A stretch of DNA of 64,000 bases from an uncultured Candidatus Saccharibacteria bacterium (GCA_964595305.1 CAZQPW010000001.1:9722-73721), one strand, 5' to 3'. Positions 40,322 to 50,882 are shown, counted from the first letter of the stretch. Notes: generated by a model not told the origin, from the sequence alone. Numbers and translations are program-made.

Positions 40322-40357
40322 GCAGCTGCGCAGTATTTATTTGCTATCATAAGAAGT

Positions 40358-41563
40358 ATGAAACGCGTTTGGTATCGCGTGTTGTCTATCGCACTGCCTG
40401 CCGCAGTGATTTTTACAATCTACTACGCGCCCTATTTCGCAGCCGCGGTGTACTGGCTCATCGCTGCACTTTCGCCACTCTGGCTTGCACCACTTCTGTT
40501 GTGGGCCGCTTGGCCGCTGTGGGTACACCAGCGTGAGGCGCAATTCTTAGCTCGAGTGTGGTATCGCACGTATGAAATAATTCCAGGCGCCTCAAACACG
40601 ACTCCGAAAGAAATGGAGCGCGTCTTGACCCAACTATACTCTCGAGTCGACATTACAAAGGAAGAGAGGTTTTTCATGGGTGTTGTTCGAGCGCCTTGGT
40701 CATTAGAATTGACCGCGTCGGGCGGGCTGCTCCGCATGTTTGTAACGGTTCCAACTGACTATGCGCCACAAGTGCTTCATGCTCTTAGAGAGAGCTATCC
40801 TGATATCGACTATAACGAAACTGACGACTTTGCTTCATCGCCACCAAGCACATTTTCTGTCGTGGTACGTGAATACACTCTCAAAAATCCGGACCCGTAT
40901 CCGCTAGTTAACGGTAGTAGTCAAACCTTCGACAAAAAAGATGCTTTCTTAAATACAATGGAAAAGTTACGCTCTCTGGACGAGAGTCAAACTGTCTGGA
41001 TCCAATTCTTGATTCGGCCGCACCAACGTGACTGGCCGATAAACGTCTGGGCGTGGCGAGGTGAAGCAGTGGACACGCTGCACCAGGACGCAGTAAAGGA
41101 AATTCAAAAAATAGTAGGAAAGTCAGGCGACCTGCGTGCGCTGTCAAATGAAAAGCGTGTGCTTGTCGAGTCGATAGAAGCCGCGCTCAAACGGCCTTCG
41201 TACGACGCTGGTATACGCGCAATACACTTCTTTAAACACTCTTCGCCGAGCCCTTCATTCCTAGACACGTTGTTTGAAGAGCATGATGGCGAGCATAACA
41301 GCTTAGTTGCGTATAATCCGCAGACTGTAGTTTCGTGGCCAACATCTGACCTACTCGCCGCTATCCCGCTGCTAAAGAATCGTTATTTCATCGGCCTGTT
41401 TGCTGGGCGATCGTACTTTACCTTGGCACACCCTGGAAAGGGAGCAGTTCTCAATGTTGATGAAATCGCATCGCTATTTCGTATTCCCAAGCCGCAAGTG
41501 CTGTCCGGAGTACATACGTCTAGTGGAACAAAGCTTGAGCCTCCGACTAATTTGCCAATATGA
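40358..41563 (+). CDS. Membrane-anchored hypothetical protein (401 aa)
   Basis: Two N-terminal TM helices (W/L-rich), then a large soluble domain. 4-nt overlap with mltG. Confidence 0.45.
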   Translation: MKRVWYRVLSIALPAAVIFTIYYAPYFAAAVYWLIAALSPLWLAPLLLWAAWPLWVHQREAQFLARVWYRTYEIIPGASNTTPKEMERVLTQLYSRVDITKEERFFMGVVRAPWSLELTASGGLLRMFVTVPTDYAPQVLHALRESYPDIDYNETDDFASSPPSTFSVVVREYTLKNPDPYPLVNGSSQTFDKKDAFLNTMEKLRSLDESQTVWIQFLIRPHQRDWPINVWAWRGEAVDTLHQDAVKEIQKIVGKSGDLRALSNEKRVLVESIEAALKRPSYDAGIRAIHFFKHSSPSPSFLDTLFEEHDGEHNSLVAYNPQTVVSWPTSDLLAAIPLLKNRYFIGLFAGRSYFTLAHPGKGAVLNVDEIASLFRIPKPQVLSGVHTSSGTKLEPPTNLPI

Positions 41564-42540
41564 GCTACAAAAAATATTTACAAATACCTGCTTGGATTTT
41601 TGCAGCGCCCTTTTTTGCAGAGCTACTGCTACTCGCTGTCGCAATTATTACGATACCGTACTCACTTACCATTGCTCCGCCGCCGTTTTTTCCAGTCGGG
41701 AGCGTAATTCATGTAAAAGATGGAATGTCTATAAGAGATGTGGCGTACGAGCTTGAAAATGTAGATGCCATACATTCTGCGTTAGCATTCGAGGTGATTT
41801 CTAGAATGTATGGGTCGAGTTCGATTCAAGCCGGTACCTATGCGCTCCAGTACAGACAAAATATTTTCAAGTTAGTGTACCGCTTTGAACATGGCGACAC
41901 GGGGATACCTGCGAAGTATGTGCTTATACACGAGGGTATGACCAGTTGGGAAATTGGAGAAAGATTAAAAAAAGTTCTTGATGAGGATTTTGATTCAGAA
42001 TTGTTTGCCACAAACAGTGCGCAATATGAAGGCTATCTATTTCCAGATACATACCAGTTTACTCCGGGGGTCAGTCCATATGTGGCACTTGCCACCTTAA
42101 GAAAGACATTTGATGAAAAGGCGCTGACTGTCATTAAAGAAGCATCCACAACTAAGAGTGTCGCTGAGATAATCACCATGGCGTCTCTGATTGAGCGAGA
42201 GGCAAGAGACCCGGAGGCAATGAAAATTATTTCTGGTATCTTGTGGAAACGAATTGAGCGAGGCATGCCACTTCAGGTCGATGCTGTGTTCGGCTACATC
42301 AACAAGAAGCCCACGTATAGTCCCACCTTCGATGAACTTAAAATAGATTCACCTTATAACACATATACGAGAAAGGGTTTGCCGGTCGGGCCAATTTCAA
42401 ACCCAGGACTCGACGCGATCAGGGCTGCATTGCATCCAACCAAAACCCCATACTATTTTTATCTAACTGGGAGCGACGGAACTATGCACTACGCGCGAAC
42501 CTTTGAAGAGCACGTTGCAAATCGAGTCTATCTGCGATAA
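41560..42540 (+). CDS. mltG: Endolytic murein transglycosylase MltG (YceG-like)
   Basis: N-terminal TM. 'YEGYLFPDTYQF' and 'ASLIEREA' catalytic motifs. Confidence 0.85.
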   Translation: MSYKKYLQIPAWIFAAPFFAELLLLAVAIITIPYSLTIAPPPFFPVGSVIHVKDGMSIRDVAYELENVDAIHSALAFEVISRMYGSSSIQAGTYALQYRQNIFKLVYRFEHGDTGIPAKYVLIHEGMTSWEIGERLKKVLDEDFDSELFATNSAQYEGYLFPDTYQFTPGVSPYVALATLRKTFDEKALTVIKEASTTKSVAEIITMASLIEREARDPEAMKIISGILWKRIERGMPLQVDAVFGYINKKPTYSPTFDELKIDSPYNTYTRKGLPVGPISNPGLDAIRAALHPTKTPYYFYLTGSDGTMHYARTFEEHVANRVYLR

Positions 42541-42542
42541 CC

Positions 42543-43568
42543 ATGAACGACAAAAAGAAAAAGGTTGCGGTTTTGCTCTCAGGTGGCGTGGACAGCGCTG
42601 TTGCTGCTCATATTGTAAAAGAAACCGGTGCACAGGTTACCGGGGTTTTTATTCGAGGTTGGGAGCCTGATTTCTTGCCTTGCACAGGGGCCGAAGATCG
42701 TATAAGCGCAATGCAAGTCGCTGCACATTTGGAAATACCGTTTATAACTTTAGACTTAGGGAGCGAGTACCTCAGAGATGTTGTTAAGCCGTTTATAGCA
42801 AGCTATGCAAGCGGAGAGACGCCGAATCCAGACGTTTTGTGCAATCGAAGTATCAAGTTTGGCGCGGCATGGAACAAACTTAAATCTCTCGGGTTTACCG
42901 CAATCGCAACTGGTCACTATGCGCGGACAGACGGGAGTAGGTTGATGGCGGCAAAAGATCCTACGAAAGACCAAGTATATTTTTTATGGACACTCACAAA
43001 GGATGATCTCTCCCACACGCTTTTCCCGCTCGGTTCAATGCTGAAGAGTGAGGTGAGGGCACACGCAAAGAGACTTAAGCTTCCTAACGCTGAACGGCCA
43101 GATTCACAAGGGCTGTGCTTTCTTGGCCACGTTGATATGTACACCTTTTTGCATAGATACATCGATGAGGCTCCTGGTGATATCGTTGATGAGTCTAATA
43201 GAAAGGTCGGAAAACATAGAGGTGTTCATTATTACACGATAGGACAAGGCATCGTTGGGGATCATAGCGAGCGTTATTACATTGCAAGCAAAGACTCAAA
43301 GTCTCGTAAGCTCACTGTTTCCAGCTCACCCAAAGTAGATGATAGTTGTATGACGTACGCAATAAGAGATGCAAATATATTAGGTGATATTACACAGGAT
43401 CTACATGTGCAAACGCGCTACCATGGTCCGCTGCTTAGCGCAAGGATACGAGATAATGAAATTTTATTCGATGAGCCGGTGGCTGTCGCTGAAGGGCAGT
43501 CTGTGGTCTGGTTTAGCTCTTCCGGAGAATGCGTCGGGGGTGCTACTATTGGAACATGCCTGAAATAG
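42543..43568 (+). CDS. mnmA: tRNA-specific 2-thiouridylase
   Basis: PP-loop 'LSGGVDSAV', conserved Cys residues, C-terminal barrel domain. Confidence 0.9.
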   Translation: MNDKKKKVAVLLSGGVDSAVAAHIVKETGAQVTGVFIRGWEPDFLPCTGAEDRISAMQVAAHLEIPFITLDLGSEYLRDVVKPFIASYASGETPNPDVLCNRSIKFGAAWNKLKSLGFTAIATGHYARTDGSRLMAAKDPTKDQVYFLWTLTKDDLSHTLFPLGSMLKSEVRAHAKRLKLPNAERPDSQGLCFLGHVDMYTFLHRYIDEAPGDIVDESNRKVGKHRGVHYYTIGQGIVGDHSERYYIASKDSKSRKLTVSSSPKVDDSCMTYAIRDANILGDITQDLHVQTRYHGPLLSARIRDNEILFDEPVAVAEGQSVVWFSSSGECVGGATIGTCLK

Positions 43569-44380
43569 TCAAAGGAGATGGTACCAGAGAGCTTTTTAAC
43601 CTACTGAAGCTCACTGACTCGCTTGTACGTGCGGGAATTGATAAAGAGTTGTCGCAACGTGTTTCCGAGTCGATAGCCGGGACAGTGCATGACGGAATGT
43701 CGACAACGGAGATCTTTCGTACTGCACACAAAATGCTGCGCAAAGAAGAGCGCGTGCTTGCTGCACGATACTCTATGCGCAGGGCAATACTAGACCTTGG
43801 TCCAACTGGCTTCCCATTTGAAGACTACGTTAGCGAACTTATGCGTGCGCAAGGGTATGCAGTAAAAACAAGACAAGTTTTAGAAGGAAAATGTGTGCCC
43901 CACGAAGTAGACGTAGTGCTCGAAAAAGACGGTAACAGGTTTGGCGCAGAGCTAAAGTTCCATAACCAGCCGGGCTACAAGACCGATGTTAAAATAGCAC
44001 TTTACGTAAAAGCCCGCTTTGACGACATCGCTGCAAACACAAAAGGTAAGCAGCTAAACGGAGGATGGCTCGTAACCAACACTAAATTCACCGAGCACGC
44101 TATCACGTACTCATCCTGTGCAGGGCTCACGTTGCTTGGCTGGGACTATCCAGAAAAGGGTAACCTTGCAGACATGATTCGATCAACAGGAGTGTACCCA
44201 ATAACTGTGCTCACCACGCTGACCGCAGCTGAAAAAAATAGACTCCTAGCGGAACAAAAGCCACTTTGCTCAACAGTGCTTACAAACCCTCACTCACTTG
44301 AGCGTGCGGGTGTTCCGCCACGCAGAATCGCGAACGTCGTTGCTGAAAGCACTGCGCTCTGCACGCCACATACCTCATGA
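43556..44380 (+). CDS. ATP-cone domain fused to Mrr-type restriction endonuclease (PD-(D/E)xK) domain
   Basis: ATP-cone 'IVKGDGTRELFNLLKL...AARYSMRRA'. Mrr_cat 'FEDYVSELMRAQGYAV...HEVDVVL...AELKFHNQ' (D-x-D ... E-x-K). ORF opens at 43529, overlapping the mnmA end. Confidence 0.6.
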   Translation: MPEIVKGDGTRELFNLLKLTDSLVRAGIDKELSQRVSESIAGTVHDGMSTTEIFRTAHKMLRKEERVLAARYSMRRAILDLGPTGFPFEDYVSELMRAQGYAVKTRQVLEGKCVPHEVDVVLEKDGNRFGAELKFHNQPGYKTDVKIALYVKARFDDIAANTKGKQLNGGWLVTNTKFTEHAITYSSCAGLTLLGWDYPEKGNLADMIRSTGVYPITVLTTLTAAEKNRLLAEQKPLCSTVLTNPHSLERAGVPPRRIANVVAESTALCTPHTS

Positions 44381-45192
44381 GTAGTTTTTATAAACCACAT
44401 CGTAAGCCAGAATGGAATTATGGTGGACCCAAGTGGCGTCTTTCGCGATCGAAGATCGACCTATTTGTTTCTTGCCCACGCTGTTTTTATATTGACAACA
44501 AGCTTGGTGTGGCGCGGCCGCCGGGGTTCCCATTTAACTTAAACTCTGCTGTCGACAAGCTTTTAAAAAAAGAATTTGATATTCACCGTGTAGCGCAGTC
44601 TGCGCACCCACTAATCTCTGCATACAAGCTAAACCTTGTGCCATTTAAAGATCCGCGTATGGATATTTGGCGCGAGAATTTTAAGGGCGTTGAGACAAAG
44701 CACGCAGAAACAGGTTTTACTGTTGCAGGCGCTGTTGATGACGTGTGGGTAGATGAGAATGGTGTGGTGAGTGTAGTCGACTATAAAGCAACGTCAAAAG
44801 ACGAAGAGGTAACCCTCGATGCAGCATGGCAAGACGGGTATAAGCGCCAAATGGAAACGTACCAGTGGTTGCTTAGGCGTAATGGGTTAAGCGTTTCAGA
44901 CACAGGATATTTTGTGTACGTAAACGGCCGCACTGACAGAGAGGCATTCGACGGCAAACTAGAGTTTGATGTAAAAATTATTCCATATACTGGAAATGAC
45001 GGTTGGGTGGAGAAGACGCTCTTTGACATCAAAAAATGCCTTGATTCAACCGAAGTGCCAGAAGCTGGAAAGGATTGCGACTACTGTACCTACCGCGAGG
45101 CGGCAAAGAGCGTGCTTGAGCAGCCAGTTTCGCAAAAGCCTAAAGGGTTGAAACCTTCCGCAAGTGCTGAAGTAACAGACAGCCTATTTTAA
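44377..45192 (+). CDS. Cas4/RecB-family PD-(D/E)xK nuclease with Fe-S cysteine cluster
   Basis: N-terminal 'CPRC', 'GAVDDVWVD', 'VVDYKAT', 'QMETYQWLL' (QhxxY) and C-terminal 'C-x12-C-x2-C'. ATGA overlap with the upstream nuclease gene. Confidence 0.6.
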   Translation: MSSFYKPHRKPEWNYGGPKWRLSRSKIDLFVSCPRCFYIDNKLGVARPPGFPFNLNSAVDKLLKKEFDIHRVAQSAHPLISAYKLNLVPFKDPRMDIWRENFKGVETKHAETGFTVAGAVDDVWVDENGVVSVVDYKATSKDEEVTLDAAWQDGYKRQMETYQWLLRRNGLSVSDTGYFVYVNGRTDREAFDGKLEFDVKIIPYTGNDGWVEKTLFDIKKCLDSTEVPEAGKDCDYCTYREAAKSVLEQPVSQKPKGLKPSASAEVTDSLF

Positions 45193-47193
45193 CTACCAAA
45201 TCTTTGCGCGTGCTTTTGGTGCGCGGTACAGCTTGTCACTTTTTACAACTTTGTATGCGTCGTAAAATGAGTCGAGGTTTGAAACTGGACCATTGATGCG
45301 GTATAGGGCTGGCGAATGTGGATCAGTAGCTATCTGTGTTTTCAATCGTTCCTCACGAAGATGCTCGCGTTCGCCTTGTGCGAGTGAGAGAAAGAATCGC
45401 TGCTCTGGTGTTTTATCATCGATGTTCTTGCGACCGTGTCTATTCAGATGAACTTGGAATGCGTCGTATGCAATTGCAACGCCGCCCAAGTCTGCAATAT
45501 TTTCACCAAGTGTGAGCGAGCCGTTTACTTTGTGGCCGGGTATAGGCTCATATTCGTTAAACTGCTTGCGTAGTACGTCTGCTAACTTGTCGAAGTGAGC
45601 GCGGTCAGCCTTGCTCCACCAACCTTTAAGGTCACCCCGAGCATCGAACTTAGAACCCTCGTCATCAAAGCCGTGCGTCATTTCATGACCGATGGTCCAA
45701 CCGATGGCCCCATAATTAAGCGCGGCGTCTGCGCGCGCGTCAAAAAATGGCCACTGAAGAATCGCAGCAGGGAAAACGATCTCGTTAGCTTGAGGGTTAT
45801 AGTACGCATTTACTGTTTGTGGAGTCATAAACCATTCACGCCGGTCTACTTTCTTTCCAATTTTTCGAAATGCTTTGCGCGTTTCAAAAAGATTTGTGTT
45901 AATTGCGTTCCCGCAGTAGTCGTTTGCTTTAAGCTCGAGCCCGGCGTATGTCTTCCATTTCTTGGGGTAGCCAATCTTTCTGTCCATTGTTCTGAGCTTG
46001 AGTAGCGCCTTGCGCTTAGTTTGTGCGCTCATCCAATGTAGGTTTTTGATCCGAGCTTCAAATGCAACAAAAAGGTTGCTGACGAGCGCGTCAATAGCTC
46101 GTTTTGACTCATGCGTGAAGTGTCGCTCAACGTACATCTTGCCAAGCTCTTCACCAATATGAGCCTCAACGACACCTTGGACACGGCGCCACAATGGGCG
46201 CATCTGCTTTGTGCCCGAGAGCTCAGTTCCATAGAACGCAAACTTTGCTTTGATGAGCGGCTCATGGAGGTACGGTGCAAATGTGTTGATGAGGTGCCAG
46301 GTTAAGTACGCTTTATGTTCTTCTATAGAGCGCGAGGCAATAGTTGCAGCAGCGCCACGCATAAATAGCGGCTGACACACTACAAACATGCGCGGGCATT
46401 GTATACCCAATCCTTTAAAATAAGCATCCCAGGGAAGAGGCGCCTTTGCGCGGAGCTTACTAAGTGTGTAGGGAAAATAATTTTTGTTAGGGTCACGAAG
46501 GAGCACCTTGTCATGAGATGCGTGTGCAAGGGCTTTTTCAATCTCAAACGGGTTCAAGCGAATTTCAGTAACTTTCGAAACCGCGAGCGTATACTTTTGG
46601 AAAGCTTTCCTGACACGCTTAGACTCGTCATCTTGCTTAAGGTAGTAGTCGCGATCGGGAAGGGAAATCCCATCCTGAGAAAAATAGAGGACGTTCTTCG
46701 TGCTGTCTTTACCGTCTGGGCCAACGGAAATATCCCAAAATGCGGAAGATCCAATACGGTGCAGCTCACCAACAACACGCAACAAAGACTCAGTAGAGTC
46801 GATAGAGTCTATTTTACGAATATATGGCATGAGTGGCGCAAGCTTCTTTTTATTACGCGACTTGATGTCCATTCCAGACTTGTAAAACCGCGCAACTCTC
46901 ATAGCAGCATCGCCTCGCACCTTACCCGCGGTTACGTCACGGATAATTGCACGAACCTGTTCATCACTTTTTTTACGCAGCTGCATAAAAGCTCCCCACC
47001 ATGACTCCTCTTTAGGAATCGGGTTTTCTCTAAGCCATGTGTTGTTTACATGATGAAAAAAGTCGTCTTGCGGACGAACTTTTTTGTCGAGCTTGCTGGT
47101 GTCTACCCCCCAGTGCTTCATAGGCACTATTTTAGCATAAAACTCATATTTGCTTAAATACGTATAGTGTGCTATAATATCTATACATGGCAA
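45193..47193 (-). CDS. pepO: M13-family zinc metalloendopeptidase (PepO/neprilysin-like)
   Basis: 'HEMTHGFD' (HExxH), 'GENIADLGG' (ExxADxGG) and 'NAYY' motifs. Start possibly the Met at 47121. Confidence 0.85.
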   Translation of the reverse strand: MPCIDIIAHYTYLSKYEFYAKIVPMKHWGVDTSKLDKKVRPQDDFFHHVNNTWLRENPIPKEESWWGAFMQLRKKSDEQVRAIIRDVTAGKVRGDAAMRVARFYKSGMDIKSRNKKKLAPLMPYIRKIDSIDSTESLLRVVGELHRIGSSAFWDISVGPDGKDSTKNVLYFSQDGISLPDRDYYLKQDDESKRVRKAFQKYTLAVSKVTEIRLNPFEIEKALAHASHDKVLLRDPNKNYFPYTLSKLRAKAPLPWDAYFKGLGIQCPRMFVVCQPLFMRGAAATIASRSIEEHKAYLTWHLINTFAPYLHEPLIKAKFAFYGTELSGTKQMRPLWRRVQGVVEAHIGEELGKMYVERHFTHESKRAIDALVSNLFVAFEARIKNLHWMSAQTKRKALLKLRTMDRKIGYPKKWKTYAGLELKANDYCGNAINTNLFETRKAFRKIGKKVDRREWFMTPQTVNAYYNPQANEIVFPAAILQWPFFDARADAALNYGAIGWTIGHEMTHGFDDEGSKFDARGDLKGWWSKADRAHFDKLADVLRKQFNEYEPIPGHKVNGSLTLGENIADLGGVAIAYDAFQVHLNRHGRKNIDDKTPEQRFFLSLAQGEREHLREERLKTQIATDPHSPALYRINGPVSNLDSFYDAYKVVKSDKLYRAPKARAKIW

Positions 47194-47966
47194 TAGAAGC
47201 AGTAAACAAAGTGCAGCACTTTTTTGAAAGCCTACATGCGGGTATTACGTTTGAAAATTTTACGGACAACGAAATTGCCCGAATAATTCAAATACTCACA
47301 TCACTAAAGTTACCGCTTGTTAACGTCAAGGTGATTCGCAAGGCACGATTTGGTGACCTCGTAAGAGTTCCAGGTACTAAAAGTGCATATTTTGATGAGT
47401 ATGAAAACGCGATGTTCCTCGGCGAGCCTGTGCCTGGAACCGACTGGAAGGCCGGTACAATTTCGCTTAGTGAAATGTATTTTCGGGATGTGCCAACAGA
47501 CTTTACTCTGAAAGAGACGCTCGCACATGAAATCGCTCACTCCATATCTCCACTAGCATATATAAATACGGACCCTAAAGTGAGAAAAAGAAAAAGTAAT
47601 TTGTACTCAAAAAAGCAGGCGGAAGAAATATTTAATTTCGTGCAGCAAATAGGCCATCGGCTTCATGCCCGGGGTAATGGTTTCCCGTCATACAACATGC
47701 AAAACTACTATTACAACCTTCGTGTTGGGAGACATGCGCCCGGCTCAAAAATGCACTTCATGTTTGCAGATGAGATGTTTGCCTGCATCATACAAAACTA
47801 CGTAGAGCGCCCTGAAGCGCTTCGCGCTGTACTAACTGGGGCTGAGTTTAAGCAAGTTGAGCAGATAGTTAAAAAATTGCGAAAGTCTGGCCCAAAAATA
47901 TATTCTCGAAAAAAAGGTTCCGAAATTCCTGGCGTGACGCCACTCGCAAAGGTGCAAGTAAATTGA
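47187..47966 (+). CDS. Hypothetical protein with HExxH motif (possible metallopeptidase-like)
   Basis: 'LAHEIAHS' is the only recognisable motif. Divergent from pepO. Confidence 0.35.
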   Translation: MAIEAVNKVQHFFESLHAGITFENFTDNEIARIIQILTSLKLPLVNVKVIRKARFGDLVRVPGTKSAYFDEYENAMFLGEPVPGTDWKAGTISLSEMYFRDVPTDFTLKETLAHEIAHSISPLAYINTDPKVRKRKSNLYSKKQAEEIFNFVQQIGHRLHARGNGFPSYNMQNYYYNLRVGRHAPGSKMHFMFADEMFACIIQNYVERPEALRAVLTGAEFKQVEQIVKKLRKSGPKIYSRKKGSEIPGVTPLAKVQVN

Positions 47967-47976
47967 TATACTAGTA

Positions 47977-49767
47977 GTGATGACCGTAGCAGAAATCAGG
48001 CAAAAGTATTTTGACTATTTTAAGGCGCGAGGGCACGTACTCATTTCAAGCGTTCCGCTCGTGCCAGAAAACGACCCAACCACGCTTTTTGTAGGCTCAG
48101 GAATGCAGCCGCTATTACCTTACTTTCTTGGTGCGCCACACCCAATGGGTACGAGGGTGGTTAACGCACAACTCGCGTTCCGCGCTGAAGATATAGAAGA
48201 AATAGGCGACAACCGGCATACATCTTCTTTTGAAATGCTTGGCAACTGGTCATTTGGTGACTATTTTAAGAAAGAGCAAATCCCGTGGATGTTTGAGTTT
48301 CTTACGAAAGAGCTTGGTATCGACAAAAGCAAACTGCATTTTACCTGTTTTGAAGGCGACGATGGTTTAGGTATCCCAAAAGACACCGAGTCGTACGAGC
48401 TCTGGAAATCCTGCGGTGTTGAGGAAAGTCACTTGTACTATTACCCAGCTAAAAAGAATTGGTGGAGTCGCGCAGGGGTACCGGCAAACATGCCACCAGG
48501 CGAGCCGGGAGGCCCGGACACTGAAATGTTTTTTGATTTCGGTACACCGCACGACGCGCGTTTTGGAGAGTCGTGTCATCCAAACTGCGACTGCGGTCGC
48601 TTTGTGGAGATTGGTAACAACGTGTTCATGGAATATATCAAGAACGCAGATGGGTCGTTTTCAAAATTGCCTAAGGCAAATGTAGATTTCGGCGGAGGGC
48701 TTGAGCGCATTGCAGCTGCAGTAAACGGAAAGCCCGACATTTTTCTTATTGACACTCTACTTGGAACTATCCGCGAGTTGGCAGCAGCGTCGGGTAAGGC
48801 ATACGACGACCCCAAGTTTCAAAAGTCGTATCGAGTAATTGCGGACCATATCAAAGGCGCGGTGTTTATGATTGCAGATGGCGTACTTCCGTCAAATACC
48901 GAGCAAGGGTACGTTTTACGCAGATTAATACGCAGGTTTGTGCGTCACATGGATATTTTGGAAGTAAAAACCGAAACGCTTGGCCGCGTCGTTGACCAGA
49001 TCGCTCAATCATATAAAGCACAGTACCCACGTGTTACTGATAACTCGAAAATCCTGCTCACCATTATTGAGGAAGAGGCACGCTTTCGAAAAACGCTCGC
49101 ACAAGGAATGAAAGAGTTTGAAAGAGGAACCGATCCGTTTATTTTATTTACGACATACGGTTTTCCTATCGAATTAACTCAAGAGCTAGCAGCGGAACGT
49201 GGGCAGACAGTTGACATAGAGGCATTTAAACAGGCTATGACAAAACATGCCGACGACTCACGTGCTGGCTCAGAGCAAAAATTCAAAGGAGGACTTGCAG
49301 ATACAAGCGCAACCACCACTGCGCTACATACCTCGACACATTTGATGCTTGCCGCGTTGCGAAAATTTTTAGGTCCACATGTGCATCAGGCAGGATCAAA
49401 CATTACCGCAGAGAGAACCCGATTCGATTTTACGCATGGAGAAAAGGTGTCGCACGATGTGCTCGCTAAGGTGGAGGCATATGTAAACGAAGCGATCGAG
49501 AAACGCGCTGTAGTAACTATTGAGCAAATGCCTAAGCAGGCTGCTCGCGACGAAGGGGTTGAGGGAAGTTTCTGGGAAAAATATCCTGATGTGGTGCAGG
49601 TATATACTGTGCGCGCACCAGACGGGACCGTATATTCACGAGAGCTCTGTGGTGGACCGCATGTTGAGGAAACCGGAGCTATAGCAGCAGTAGGTACGTT
49701 TAAAATTATAAAAGAGGAAGCGTCATCAGCAGGTGTTCGCAGAATCAAAGCCGTGCTTCAAAAATAG
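47977..49767 (+). CDS. alaS: Alanine--tRNA ligase lacking C-terminal C-Ala domain (596 aa)
   Basis: Class II catalytic core ('FEMLGNWSFGDYFK'). Editing-domain 'HTSTHLMLAALRKFLG' (HxxxH) and 'CGGPHV'. Confidence 0.9.
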   Translation: MMTVAEIRQKYFDYFKARGHVLISSVPLVPENDPTTLFVGSGMQPLLPYFLGAPHPMGTRVVNAQLAFRAEDIEEIGDNRHTSSFEMLGNWSFGDYFKKEQIPWMFEFLTKELGIDKSKLHFTCFEGDDGLGIPKDTESYELWKSCGVEESHLYYYPAKKNWWSRAGVPANMPPGEPGGPDTEMFFDFGTPHDARFGESCHPNCDCGRFVEIGNNVFMEYIKNADGSFSKLPKANVDFGGGLERIAAAVNGKPDIFLIDTLLGTIRELAAASGKAYDDPKFQKSYRVIADHIKGAVFMIADGVLPSNTEQGYVLRRLIRRFVRHMDILEVKTETLGRVVDQIAQSYKAQYPRVTDNSKILLTIIEEEARFRKTLAQGMKEFERGTDPFILFTTYGFPIELTQELAAERGQTVDIEAFKQAMTKHADDSRAGSEQKFKGGLADTSATTTALHTSTHLMLAALRKFLGPHVHQAGSNITAERTRFDFTHGEKVSHDVLAKVEAYVNEAIEKRAVVTIEQMPKQAARDEGVEGSFWEKYPDVVQVYTVRAPDGTVYSRELCGGPHVEETGAIAAVGTFKIIKEEASSAGVRRIKAVLQK

Positions 49768-49781
49768 GTTAGACTTAAAGT

Positions 49782-50882
49782 GTGGCACGAAAGGATTTTC
49801 TAATTGTTGAGATAGACTCATCAAGCGTTGGCGTTGTCCGATATGCGCACACCGCTGAACAGCAGATTGTAAGTGCGTCACGTACGCACTTTAGTACTCT
49901 TGGTGCAAAGAACAGTGCCGCTGCTGTAAGTCTTTTAACTGATGCAATAAAGAAAGAGCTCGCAAGTATACCGCCGCACTCATCTTCGGCGTGTGCAGTG
50001 TTTGTTGGGTCACCGTGGTATTTCCTTGAACTGCAAACACTACAAGCTGAGGTAAAGTCTCCAAGCACTTTTTCAGAACGTTCTGTAGAGGATCTACTTT
50101 CACGTGCGCGTAAAGAGCACGCAGACAAATCAGTAATCCCACTTAACGTTCGCGTGAATGGTTACTCTACCAAAATGAAAAAGCCTCTCATTGGAACAAC
50201 TCTTGAGTGCGACTCGGCAATTATTCAGATAGAACCGGAATTGGTGCAAGCGATTACTCCACTTCTTGCTCCGTATGCAGAGCGGGGCGCTGTTCAAATG
50301 TTTCCTTCGCCAATTGCAGCAGCAGATACATTATTGCAAATTGACGACACCCAGTATGGAACGGTAATTTCAATACACAAAGAGTCAACTGACATGGTGA
50401 TTGTCTCGGGGCACACCATAGGTTTTGTCGCCAGTGTTCCAATCGGCTCAAACACCATCCTTACTTCAATGAGCACCTCAGGTGTAGATATATTATCTAG
50501 ACTGGAGCTACTTGCTCGAGGCAAACTTGCACAATCAGAGGCTAGCGCACTTACGGGACAACTTATGGATGCATCTAGTGCGTGGATAGCAGCAGTGCGC
50601 GGTCTACTAGAGTCAGCACAAAATACTATTCCTGTTTCCCACCACTTTACAGTACTGACTAGTGACTCTGACTGGGGCTGGCTAGAAAGTGTTTGTAATC
50701 AAATTTCTCCAGAGCACCCAACTAGGTCTCGTAATATACTCTCAACGCTTCGTGATCAGTCACCATTACCTAAATCAATTTCTGACGGTTCGCTCGCTGC
50801 AGCACTTTCCACAGTTAAAGCTCGTTTGCAATCAAATGGAACACTTAACCCTAAAGCAGGCATGCTATACTCACTACTATGA
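49782..50882 (+). CDS. Actin-like ATPase-fold protein (PilM/FtsA-like), hypothetical
   Basis: 'LIVEIDSSSVGVV' (phosphate-1-like) and 'LQIDDTQYGTVISI' (phosphate-2-like). Size as for PilM. Confidence 0.3.
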   Translation: MARKDFLIVEIDSSSVGVVRYAHTAEQQIVSASRTHFSTLGAKNSAAAVSLLTDAIKKELASIPPHSSSACAVFVGSPWYFLELQTLQAEVKSPSTFSERSVEDLLSRARKEHADKSVIPLNVRVNGYSTKMKKPLIGTTLECDSAIIQIEPELVQAITPLLAPYAERGAVQMFPSPIAAADTLLQIDDTQYGTVISIHKESTDMVIVSGHTIGFVASVPIGSNTILTSMSTSGVDILSRLELLARGKLAQSEASALTGQLMDASSAWIAAVRGLLESAQNTIPVSHHFTVLTSDSDWGWLESVCNQISPEHPTRSRNILSTLRDQSPLPKSISDGSLAAALSTVKARLQSNGTLNPKAGMLYSLL

